Source of the DNA: Ignavibacteriota bacterium
GTDB taxonomy: Bacteria; Bacteroidota; Ignavibacteria; UBA10030; CAVZMI01
DNA length: 64,000 bases
Assembly: GCA_963776275.1 (NCBI GenBank)
Contig: CAVZMI010000012.1
Coordinates: 1-64,000, forward strand
Direction of reading: 5' to 3'
Shown in pieces: positions 1 to 8,500 of this stretch (positions are counted from its first letter, which is position 1; every line of letters begins with the position of its first letter). Both the position numbers and the translations under genes were made by a program. The notes under the pieces were generated by a model that saw only the letters and a program-made list of their open reading frames with translations, had not been told where the DNA came from and did no database searches.

Positions 1-32
1 CATAAACCTATTGATATTCATTCTCTCCTGAG

Positions 33-172
33 CTAATAATCTGTGGGTCGTAGGCAGCGAGTACTCCCGACTTGTCCTGAGTGAATACTACCGAAGGTAG
101 TACGAGTCGAAGGAAGGTAGTGCGAGCAGTCCCGACGATCTTTGTCGGGATTCGAGCCCTACAGGGCCCACC
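33..172 (+). pseudogene. 3' half of a tRNA (Ile2/Met-CAU-like), probable att-site remnant, interrupted by a 96-bp insertion (55-150)
   Basis: Removing 55-150 gives CTAATAA-TCTGT-GGGTC-GTAGG-TTCGAGC-CCTAC-AGGGCCC-ACC: anticodon loop, 3' anticodon stem, variable loop, perfect T-arm and acceptor 3' strand. No 5' half upstream. Confidence 0.75.
55..150. repeat. Nested miniature palindromic (REP-like) insertion
   Basis: Contains CTTGTCCTGAGTGA...CGAGTCGAAGGA (71-114; same termini as 47782-47829 and 52725-52772) and the hairpin TCCCGAC-N7-GTCGGGA (130-150). Confidence 0.75.
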
Positions 173-282
173 GATCTATAAATCGGTAAAGGTGACATCA
201 TAAAAAAAGTAATTATTACCGTTCCTTCTATTACCTCTTATAAAAACACTGTTTTTCACGAATTTAACCCCATTAGATAGAT

Positions 283-298
283 TGGCATATCAGTTGCA
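283..298 (+). promoter_or_regulatory. sigma54 (-24/-12) promoter of the major pilin
   Basis: TGGCATATCAGTTGCA, with GG at 284-285 and GC at 296-297 in exact -24/-12 spacing, about 115 bp before the pilin ATG. Confidence 0.75.
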
Positions 299-411
299 TG
301 TATTTATAGTATGAAAAAATATAATTCAAGAGGCTAAAACCCCAATTTTTAAAAATTCACAAACCACTTATCACAATAATTAATTCATTTTCACATTAGG
401 AGGTTAATACT

Positions 412-822
412 ATGGGACAACAACAACTTCTATTGATCATTCTCGGAGTGATCATTGTGGGTATCGCCGTTGCGGTCGGTATCACCATGTTTAAGACGAA
501 TGCCGTTTCGGCGAACCGCGATGCACTGGTTGGTGATATGACAAATATCGCAGCTCGTGCACAACAGCACTATCGTCGTCCGATATCGCTCGGCGGCGGT
601 GGAGGCGATTTCACAAAGGGTGGTGCAAAAGGCACCGGCTTCGAACTTGCTCCAAAAGAAGCGAAAAATCCAAATGGTACTTATGTAGTTACTTCAATCA
701 GCGCAGGTCAAATCGTACTCACTGGGACCGGGACGGAAATAGGAGATAACAATACATCGCCCGTCATTATGGTGATGACCGTAGCTCCTGATTCTATTAC
801 CAGCACGGCTCAAACGAACTAA
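412..822 (+). CDS. Type IV pilin-like protein (MGQQQ family), probable major pilin
   Basis: N-terminal hydrophobic helix MGQQQLLLIILGVIIVGIAVAVG, 136 aa, AGGAGG RBS, first gene of a T4P locus. Confidence 0.8.
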   Translation: MGQQQLLLIILGVIIVGIAVAVGITMFKTNAVSANRDALVGDMTNIAARAQQHYRRPISLGGGGGDFTKGGAKGTGFELAPKEAKNPNGTYVVTSISAGQIVLTGTGTEIGDNNTSPVIMVMTVAPDSITSTAQTN

Positions 823-854
823 GTGCTTTTTAATTATAACTGTCGGGTAAAGTC

Positions 855-1247
855 GTGGGACAACAACAGTTACTCCTTATAATAGTCGGGGTGATTATAA
901 CAGGCATCGCAGTAGCAGTTGGAATAACCATTTTTCAGGCGAATGCCGCAGGTCAGAACCGCGATGCAGTATGGAGCGATCTGAATCATCTTGGCGCGAA
1001 AGCCCAGCAGTATTTTAGAAAGCCACATGCTCTTGGAGGAGGCGATCGAAGCTTCACCGGCTTTAAGATCTCAAGAAAAGAGGCGGAAAACGATAATGGT
1101 ATGTATTATGTTACTGCAGACCCCTTAGAGGTCAAAATCAAAGGGTATGGACGTGAGATTGGTAATGATAATACTAACCTGGTTACAGTGAATCTTGTCG
1201 TTCATCCGGATACAATGTATGTCGATGAAAGCCTTGGATTTAACTGA
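855..1247 (+). CDS. Second MGQQQ-family pilin-like protein
   Basis: Clear paralogue of 412-822; GTG start. Confidence 0.8.
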   Translation: MGQQQLLLIIVGVIITGIAVAVGITIFQANAAGQNRDAVWSDLNHLGAKAQQYFRKPHALGGGDRSFTGFKISRKEAENDNGMYYVTADPLEVKIKGYGREIGNDNTNLVTVNLVVHPDTMYVDESLGFN

Positions 1248-1280
1248 AAAATAACGAAAATTGCGATGAAACTTGACGGG

Positions 1281-1311
1281 AGGGGAGTCTTGAGAAAGAC
1301 TCCCCTTTTTT
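1281..1311 (+). terminator. Rho-independent terminator after the pilin genes
   Basis: GGGGAGTCTT-GAGA-AAGACTCCCC followed by a T run. Confidence 0.8.
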
Positions 1312-1343
1312 CTTTTCCCCGTGCTTTTATGTGACCTATTAAC

Positions 1344-1372
1344 TTGACATTATCAAAGAAATCCGATAACTT
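1344..1372 (+). promoter_or_regulatory. Putative sigma70 promoter of pilC
   Basis: TTGACA-N17-TAACTT. Confidence 0.45.
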
Positions 1373-1410
1373 TCGCTGGAAATGTTCTCTCACTGTAAAG
1401 GGGTACGGCA

Positions 1411-2800
1411 ATGCCTGAATTCAGGATAGAGGGGCTGACACCGGCAGAGCGGCCGGTAAGCGGTATCATCAATGCAGATTCACTCGGCCTTGCAAAACAG
1501 AGAGCGCAGGCTCTCGCTAAAGAAAAAAGATTCAGAATTATCCGTGTCGTCGGTCGATCGACATTTCTCTATCGTGTGCGTCGGGGAGATGAGAAAGCAA
1601 TCACCGGTGAACAGAAAGCCTTCACAAAAGAGGAAGTACGGGACGCTCTCCAAAAAATGGGATATAAAGTACTGAGCGTCAATAGGAAGTTGTTGAATTT
1701 TAAACCAAAACCTCCGGCCTCAGAGATTATTACATTTGTCCGCGTTAGCGCTGACTTGATGCGTCAGAAGCTTCCCTTTAACGAGATCATGCAACTGTTG
1801 ATTAATGATGTCCAGAATAAAACTCTTCGGGACACTATCCGTGACATCAACCAGGAGCTGAAGCAGGGGCGCGATAGCGAAACTTGTGTTCAGGAAATAT
1901 GAAAATATACTCGGGAAATTTACGGCAAACATGTTGGGACTGGCCTCTAAAAGTGGAAACATGGCCGAGATTTATGACAGCGCGGCAAAGTTTCTTGAGC
2001 GCCAGCAGGATTTTAAAAAGAATTTAAAAAGCGCGCTAATTATGCCCCTTGTCACACTCTTTGTTCTTTTTCTTGCCGTAGTTTTTTATGTCGGGTATGT
2101 GTTCCCGGCGACGGCTGAGTTGTTTGTGAGATTCAAGATCGATCTTCCGCCGATGACGAAAGCAACGCTAAAGATGAGTGATTTTATTACTGAGAACATC
2201 ATCTTTCTGATTATTATAATGGTTGCACCGGTCATCATCGCGGCTCGTTTCTTTAGTACCGATAAGGGGCGCTTTATTCTCGATAAATATGTCATCAGAA
2301 TACCGGTGATGGGGCCGCTTCTTCACAAACAGAGCATAGAAATCTTCTGCCGTGTGTTTTATGCTTTGTACAGCGGCTCGGGGGAAAATATCGACGTCAT
2401 AAAAATGGCGGCTGAGGCATGCGGCAATAAGTATATGGAACATCAAATCAAATCGATAGCCATTCCTTTGATGATTGAAAAGGGAACAAATCTTACGGAA
2501 GCATTTGAAGCGACAGCAGTGTTTACAAAAACCGCGTTATCACGTTTTCACTCGGGCGCTGAGACGGGAACAGTAAAACATACGGCGCTACAACTGGCAG
2601 AATATTACGAGAAAGAAACATCATATAAATTAAAAAATGCAATTGAGTTCATTCAACTCTCCGTCTCGATGTTAATCATGGTCGTTTTGACAGCCTTGAC
2701 TCTGGTATCATCCGAGACCGCCACAGTCAGACCGAAAGCGGGAACGACAGGGATGGGGTCCAATCAGGAAATCCATCGTGTCGATAGACCGCTTGTGTAG
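1411..2800 (+). CDS. pilC: Type IV pilus platform protein PilC/GspF family (one frameshift near 1885, probably a sequencing error)
   Basis: ORFs 1411-1902 and 1886-2800 join into a protein with two T2SSF domains and TM helices (LPPMTK, IPVMGPL motifs). Confidence 0.85.
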
Positions 2801-2808
2801 GTGCAACA

Positions 2809-4596
2809 ATGGCAGAGATAGATATTACTGATAAAATCGGTTATACACTTCTGAAGAAGGGTGTGATCGATTATGAGACGCTCGAAAAGTCGCTCCGGAT
2901 TAAGGATGGCGAAGATAAGAAGAATCGACGGAATCTTGGCCAGATACTTGTCACGGATTTTGGAGCGGATCACGATGCGGTATTTCGCGAAGTGGCTAAC
3001 CTGTATGCATTTCGCGAGATCTACCTCGCCGATGAGAATGTCGATAAAGACCGGGTCGTACAGATCAGGAAAATGATCGAAGCGCTTCCCGATACTGCTC
3101 GAGAACTTATCGTCCAAACAAAAATGTTACCGCTCCGTTTCGACGAGCGTCAGCCTGATAAGCTGATTATTATTGCAGCCGACCCGACTGACCGAAACAT
3201 ACCGATGATCGTCAGGAATTTTGGCGTCAAGAAGTACGAAGTGGCCTACTGCCGGCTTAAAGATCTTCAGAACCTTCTCGAACAGGTTGTTCCAGCACAA
3301 AACGAGTTTCTCAAACTCCTCGAGACAAGCGATATCAGCATCGATACAGCAAAAGAAGAAGAAGCTCTTGATGAAGAATCTCTTCAGGCTGAAATCACAA
3401 AAAGCGCACTGGTGAATTTGATCGAAGGATGTCTGGTTGAGGCGGTGCGTCAGGGAGCAAGCGATGTGCATATCGTAGCGAAGGAAGGCAATCGAACCGA
3501 TTTCTTATTCAGAATCGATGGCAACTTAAAGCTGTGGCATTGTCAGGAAGGGACTATGCCTGAAGCAGTTCTCGCCGTTGTCAAAGACCGGTCTCGGAAT
3601 ATCGACCGGTTTGAGCGCGAGATGGCGCAGGACGGATTCATACAGCGCTCGGTCGACGGTCATAATATCCGATTCCGTGTCTCGATCCTTCCTATTGTAA
3701 CCACCGAGTTTAAACATAAATATGAAAGCGTCGTCATACGAGTTCTGGATGATCGAAAGGTCATTACCGATATCGAAAAACTAGGACTTCAGGGACCGAC
3801 GAAAAAATTCTTCCACGAGGCAATTAATAAACCGCAGGGAATGGTGATCCTGACCGGACCAACAGGATGTGGAAAATCCACCACGTTGATTGCAGCATTG
3901 TATCAAGTTATCGATCCAACGGTCAATGTCCTGACGGTTGAAGATCCTGTTGAGTATATAATCAAGGGAGCCCGGCAGTTGAAAATTGGCCCGAAGATGG
4001 ACTTTGAACTCGCGATCAGAGGTATTCTTCGTCACGATCCTGATATTGTGTTGGTTGGTGAGATGCGCGATAAGATCACGGCAGAGACAGCGATCAAACT
4101 GGCAAATACCGGTCACCTGACGTTTTCCACGCTTCACACAAATGACGCTCCCAGTGCAATTGCGCGTTTATATAAAATGGGTGTGGAACCGTTCCTCATT
4201 GCTTATGCGATCAATATTATTATTGCACAGCGGCTTGTCCGGACGCTCTGTCCGTTTTGCAAGCGTCCGGTGAATCGTGATGATATTGATTGGGAACCGT
4301 TCAGGACGATCGGATTTAATGATGATATGATCGAACGGGCGAATTTTCATGAGCCTGTCGGGTGTGAAAAGTGTAATGCGGGATGGAAGGGCAGGGCGGC
4401 AATTCAGGAAGCTCTCTATTTCACTAAAGATATCCGTAACATTATTATCCGTTCGGGTGAAGAAGTTGACGAAGAATCTATCCGAAACCAGGCGGAAATC
4501 GACGGGATGTGGAACCTGCGCCGCGCAGGATTCGAACGGATGATAGAAGGAGTCACAACACTCGAGGAAGTGCTCGGTACTACAACGGTAGATTAA
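2809..4596 (+). CDS. pilB: Type IV pilus assembly ATPase PilB/GspE
   Basis: ASDVHI, Walker A GPTGCGKST, Asp box TVEDPVE, LRHDPD..VGEMRD, TGHL..STLHTN, Zn motifs CPFC/CEKC. Confidence 0.93.
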   Translation: MAEIDITDKIGYTLLKKGVIDYETLEKSLRIKDGEDKKNRRNLGQILVTDFGADHDAVFREVANLYAFREIYLADENVDKDRVVQIRKMIEALPDTARELIVQTKMLPLRFDERQPDKLIIIAADPTDRNIPMIVRNFGVKKYEVAYCRLKDLQNLLEQVVPAQNEFLKLLETSDISIDTAKEEEALDEESLQAEITKSALVNLIEGCLVEAVRQGASDVHIVAKEGNRTDFLFRIDGNLKLWHCQEGTMPEAVLAVVKDRSRNIDRFEREMAQDGFIQRSVDGHNIRFRVSILPIVTTEFKHKYESVVIRVLDDRKVITDIEKLGLQGPTKKFFHEAINKPQGMVILTGPTGCGKSTTLIAALYQVIDPTVNVLTVEDPVEYIIKGARQLKIGPKMDFELAIRGILRHDPDIVLVGEMRDKITAETAIKLANTGHLTFSTLHTNDAPSAIARLYKMGVEPFLIAYAINIIIAQRLVRTLCPFCKRPVNRDDIDWEPFRTIGFNDDMIERANFHEPVGCEKCNAGWKGRAAIQEALYFTKDIRNIIIRSGEEVDEESIRNQAEIDGMWNLRRAGFERMIEGVTTLEEVLGTTTVD

Positions 4597-4625
4597 TTCT
4601 CACTTTTTGGAGGGGAGGGTAGACT

Positions 4626-5159
4626 ATGGGAACAGGACAAATGATGTTGACGGTATTGGCGGTATTCTTGCTTACTACCATCATTCTTTCGATGAATAGA
4701 ACATATGTGGATAATACAGAGACGATTGTTCGGACGAAATCGAATCTTGTTTCTATATCGTTCGCTACATCGCAAATCCAAAAAGCTGGCAGGCTCGCAT
4801 TCGATGATTTCACGAAGGTTACAAATGATACTATTGTTGGCCCGCTGGTATTTGATAGCAGTTCTTTTAGTGCACAATTGAGGCCAGAAACTGGAGAGAC
4901 GGCAAATAAAGACTCGCTCTTTAATGATATCGATGATTACAATGGATATACTTATAATGATACAACCCAGACAGGTGATGTATATTATATCCTGACAAAA
5001 GTGAATTATGTGAGCCCGAATAATCCATACGGAGATACAACTGCAGGAAAGCAATGGGCAAAGCGAGTAACGGTACGAGTGTGGCCAAAGGTTGCTGGCA
5101 ATTTGAAACCCGATACAATAACATTAATGCAAGTGTTCAGTTATTGGAGATGGAGGTGA
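4626..5159 (+). CDS. Minor pilin-like protein
   Basis: MGTGQ followed by a hydrophobic helix; FNDIDDYNG motif; position in T4P locus. Confidence 0.65.
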   Translation: MGTGQMMLTVLAVFLLTTIILSMNRTYVDNTETIVRTKSNLVSISFATSQIQKAGRLAFDDFTKVTNDTIVGPLVFDSSSFSAQLRPETGETANKDSLFNDIDDYNGYTYNDTTQTGDVYYILTKVNYVSPNNPYGDTTAGKQWAKRVTVRVWPKVAGNLKPDTITLMQVFSYWRWR

Positions 5160-5163
5160 TATT

Positions 5164-5802
5164 ATGTCAGTGATGTTGGATCTTATAGGTTCATCGATCG
5201 TTGGCGGTATTCTCATACTATCGATACTGCGAATCAATGCCGTGGGAATTGAGAACAGATCGTATTTTGTTGAGGATCTTTCTGTGCAGGAAAATCTGCG
5301 TAATGTAATTGAGATTGTAGAGGATGATTTTCGGAAGATCGGATATGGAGCAACGATCAGTCAATCCGGAAATATTTATATTCCGGACATACTTATCGAG
5401 GGCGATTCAAACAAAATTAAATTTTGTTCGGATATTCATCACGATACAATAAACGTTCCAAGGACTATGGATACAATAACATACTGGCTTGGAAGTCCTG
5501 TATTATCTACACCGAATATAGACGACAGATACTTGATGAGGAAAGAAAATAATCAACCCGCTCAAGCATGGAGTACGGGATTGGTTCAATTCAATTTAAG
5601 TTATATTGATAACACGGGAAAGGCATTGCCTGTACCTCTCTCGTTTAACAACAGGGCAAAGGTTCGCCTAATACGCATTGCAGTGAAGGTCCAGAGTCAG
5701 TTTCTTACAAAATCAATGTTTGAGGCGGACTCGATGGGGTATAAAAAGCGATCGGCGATCTGGCGTGAATCACGTTTGATCGCTCGAAATCTAACGCAGT
5801 AA
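5164..5802 (+). CDS. Minor pilin-like protein (PilW-like)
   Basis: N-terminal hydrophobic helix, DFRKIGYG motif, C-terminal RNL. Confidence 0.65.
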   Translation: MSVMLDLIGSSIVGGILILSILRINAVGIENRSYFVEDLSVQENLRNVIEIVEDDFRKIGYGATISQSGNIYIPDILIEGDSNKIKFCSDIHHDTINVPRTMDTITYWLGSPVLSTPNIDDRYLMRKENNQPAQAWSTGLVQFNLSYIDNTGKALPVPLSFNNRAKVRLIRIAVKVQSQFLTKSMFEADSMGYKKRSAIWRESRLIARNLTQ

Positions 5803-5815
5803 GGAGGGGTTTGTC

Positions 5816-7129
5816 ATGGGAAAAGCTTCTTTGATTATGGTTCTTGGTTTATCGTTTGTGCTCGCAGTGATCCGAGTAAGCATTACTTCGCGAGCTACTG
5901 ATGCGACGACAAATTTTTTAAGATATTTATCCTGGGCGCAATCATATTCACTTCGAACAACCGGTCTGGAAGTAGCTCTTGGTCGATTCGATAGGCTACA
6001 GTGGGTTACTGCCGGTGTGCTTCTAAATGATTCGGTGAAGGTTAATAGCCAAACATATAATTACAGAGTAGTTTTAGTACGGCCGCGAACAGATACAGCC
6101 GCTATTTATTCATTGGTATCATACTATGATAGGGATGCCAGGCGGTCATATAGTCAATATTCATGCGTTGAATTACAGAACCAATCCTTTTCACGATATG
6201 CATATTTTACAGACAATGAAACAGGATTCTCTGGGACGAGTAGAATATACTGGATGACGAAAGATACCATGGGGTATCAATCGTATCCGGACAACGGAAA
6301 TCTGCATACAAATGATGCCCTGTCTGTCTCGGGGGAACCCTGTTTCTGGGGGAGGGTAACCACATGGGGAGGAATTTATAAGAATCCGTCTAGCAGTGAC
6401 CCTCACTTCTATGGAGGACACGAAGATGGTGTCCATATTGATTTACCCCTTTCCTTCGAGGAAGCTATCGCGAATATGGGAAGCGGATCATATATAAAAA
6501 ATAATACAGATTTATATATTAACTTGCAGGCCAACGGCACTATGAAAGTTAAAACATCGCCTTCTGGCACTGAAACTACATTAAAAGTTGATTCGGTCGC
6601 ATCGAGTGGTCTCATTGTAGCAAATGGTGGCAATATTCATATAAAGGGGACAGTAGGTACAACGACATCGGGAACGGACCTCAGACTAACTATAGTCGCT
6701 TTGAATAAATCGGGGTCAGGGGGTAATGTGTATATTGATGATAATATAGTGTATAATCATCAGGGCACTTATCCATATTCAGATCCGTATAATGGAAACT
6801 TACTTGGTCTTTGCGCTGATAACGACGTCATCGTTACTAACAACACAGCAAACAACAGCGATGGTGTTGATATTATGGGGACAATGATGGCGAGAACAGG
6901 ATCATTTTACGCGGAGGATTGGGATAGTAGGCATGTCAGCGGCGATAACTCAATTCGTATGTGGGGTGGGGTAATCCAGGATACACGAGGTGCGGTGGGG
7001 ACATTTAGCGGATCTTCAATAGTAACGGGCTTTAAAAAGCACTATACATTTGATCCAAGGCTTAGACGTACTCGTCCGCCCTTTTTCCCAATGACCCCAA
7101 TATTCCATATAACTCAATGGTGGGAATAA
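5816..7129 (+). CDS. PilX-like minor pilin with large C-terminal domain
   Basis: MGKASLIMVLG N-terminus; FSRYAYF, GNLHTN and GFKKHYTFDPRL..RPPFFP motifs. Confidence 0.65.
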   Translation: MGKASLIMVLGLSFVLAVIRVSITSRATDATTNFLRYLSWAQSYSLRTTGLEVALGRFDRLQWVTAGVLLNDSVKVNSQTYNYRVVLVRPRTDTAAIYSLVSYYDRDARRSYSQYSCVELQNQSFSRYAYFTDNETGFSGTSRIYWMTKDTMGYQSYPDNGNLHTNDALSVSGEPCFWGRVTTWGGIYKNPSSSDPHFYGGHEDGVHIDLPLSFEEAIANMGSGSYIKNNTDLYINLQANGTMKVKTSPSGTETTLKVDSVASSGLIVANGGNIHIKGTVGTTTSGTDLRLTIVALNKSGSGGNVYIDDNIVYNHQGTYPYSDPYNGNLLGLCADNDVIVTNNTANNSDGVDIMGTMMARTGSFYAEDWDSRHVSGDNSIRMWGGVIQDTRGAVGTFSGSSIVTGFKKHYTFDPRLRRTRPPFFPMTPIFHITQWWE

Positions 7130-7133
7130 GGAT

Positions 7134-7162
7134 TTGACTTTTACTAACAAATAACATATATT
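7134..7162 (+). promoter_or_regulatory. Putative sigma70 promoter of pilT
   Basis: TTGACT-N17-TATATT. Confidence 0.45.
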
Positions 7163-7244
7163 TAGCACAAAATGCTATTATTAAAAGAACTATATCGGGC
7201 GACGGAAAGTAGAACTTTAATAAAAACGATGTAACCATTTCTAA

Positions 7245-8474
7245 ATGGAACAAGTCCGCCAAATTTTACAGCAAACGCTCGCGCAAATTCCTGAGACGGC
7301 ATATGGCGTTGAACGTCAGATGGTTATTGGCGATCTTGTTGCCCAGCTATCGCAAGAAGATAAAACGCTTTGTAAGAGATCCCTCGACGGTTTCCTCCTT
7401 AAAATGCTGCAAACTGGCGCATCAGATATCGACATGGGAGGCTATGGCTCGCAGGGATATGTTTGGTATAGGACATATGGTCTAAAGAAGCCCGATCAAA
7501 CGCTGGGGAAATACCGCCCTGAAGAAATCAGCGCGCTGATTCAGAATATCATCATGGAACGACAGCGCCAATTTCTTTACGAGAATCGAAATCTCGACTT
7601 CTCATATTTCATTATGGAAGGGGAGACGATGCATCGATTTCGTGCCGATGCATATTTCGATCTCGATCAGCTGGCTTTGAATATGCGAATGATCAATGCA
7701 GCAGTACGACCGTATAAAAATCTCGAATTGCATCCAAATGTAACAAAGGTACTGAGCCTTGTTCATTCAAAAGAGGGTTTAACCCTGGTTACGGGAATTA
7801 CGGGATCAGGAAAAAGCTCCACTCTCGATAGTATCATTGATGCGAATAATCATGCGACCGATGCGCATGTTGTGATCATCGGTGCGCCGATCGAGTATGT
7901 TCACAATTCCGATCGGTGTATCATCCGGCATCGCGAGGTGGGACGCGATGTGATGTCGTTCAAAGAAGGAGCCATTCAGGCGCTCCGTCAGGATCCGGAT
8001 ATCATCATGATCGGTGAGATGCGCGATCCCGAGACGATTTTAACGGCTCTTGAAATCACCGACAGCGGACACAAAGTATTCTCCACGCTGCATACTGCGT
8101 CGGCCGTCGAGAGCATCGATCGAATCATCGGAGAGGTTCCGCCAATTGAGCAGGAACGAGTTAGATTCCGATTAGCCGATGTCTTACGGTGCGTAATCTC
8201 GCAGAAGCTTGTTTCGAGTCTGGATGGTAAACGAATTCTGGCAAAAGAAGTATTGCTCGGAACTCCATCCGTTCGCGCGGCAATCAAGAATAATAATACG
8301 GGCGAGATTTATCAGATGATATCTGAATCGAGCGAGATGGGAATGGTGACGCTCGAACAGGATCTGAAGAGACTCTATATGATGAAAAAGATCTCGCTTG
8401 AAAATGCAATGAATTTTGCAAACAATAAGCGGCGTATGCAACAACTTCTTTCAATCACTGGCACGACTGAGTAA
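7245..8474 (+). CDS. pilT: Type IV pilus retraction ATPase PilT/PilU family
   Basis: GITGSGKSS, HREVG.D..SF, ALRQDPDIIMIGEMRD, SGHKVFSTLHT. Confidence 0.88.
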   Translation: MEQVRQILQQTLAQIPETAYGVERQMVIGDLVAQLSQEDKTLCKRSLDGFLLKMLQTGASDIDMGGYGSQGYVWYRTYGLKKPDQTLGKYRPEEISALIQNIIMERQRQFLYENRNLDFSYFIMEGETMHRFRADAYFDLDQLALNMRMINAAVRPYKNLELHPNVTKVLSLVHSKEGLTLVTGITGSGKSSTLDSIIDANNHATDAHVVIIGAPIEYVHNSDRCIIRHREVGRDVMSFKEGAIQALRQDPDIIMIGEMRDPETILTALEITDSGHKVFSTLHTASAVESIDRIIGEVPPIEQERVRFRLADVLRCVISQKLVSSLDGKRILAKEVLLGTPSVRAAIKNNNTGEIYQMISESSEMGMVTLEQDLKRLYMMKKISLENAMNFANNKRRMQQLLSITGTTE

Positions 8475-8500
8475 ACAACCATTATCGAAAGGTTCCATGA

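Noticed and set aside
33-172. Functional intron-containing tRNA
   Set aside because: The 5' acceptor strand, D-arm and 5' anticodon stem are missing, and the insert is made of REP-like parts found elsewhere in the window.
2809-2990. c-di-GMP-binding MshEN motif in PilB
   Set aside because: The spacing resembles MshEN, but the key RLG and terminal Q residues are replaced (KIG...K; NLG), so binding cannot be claimed.
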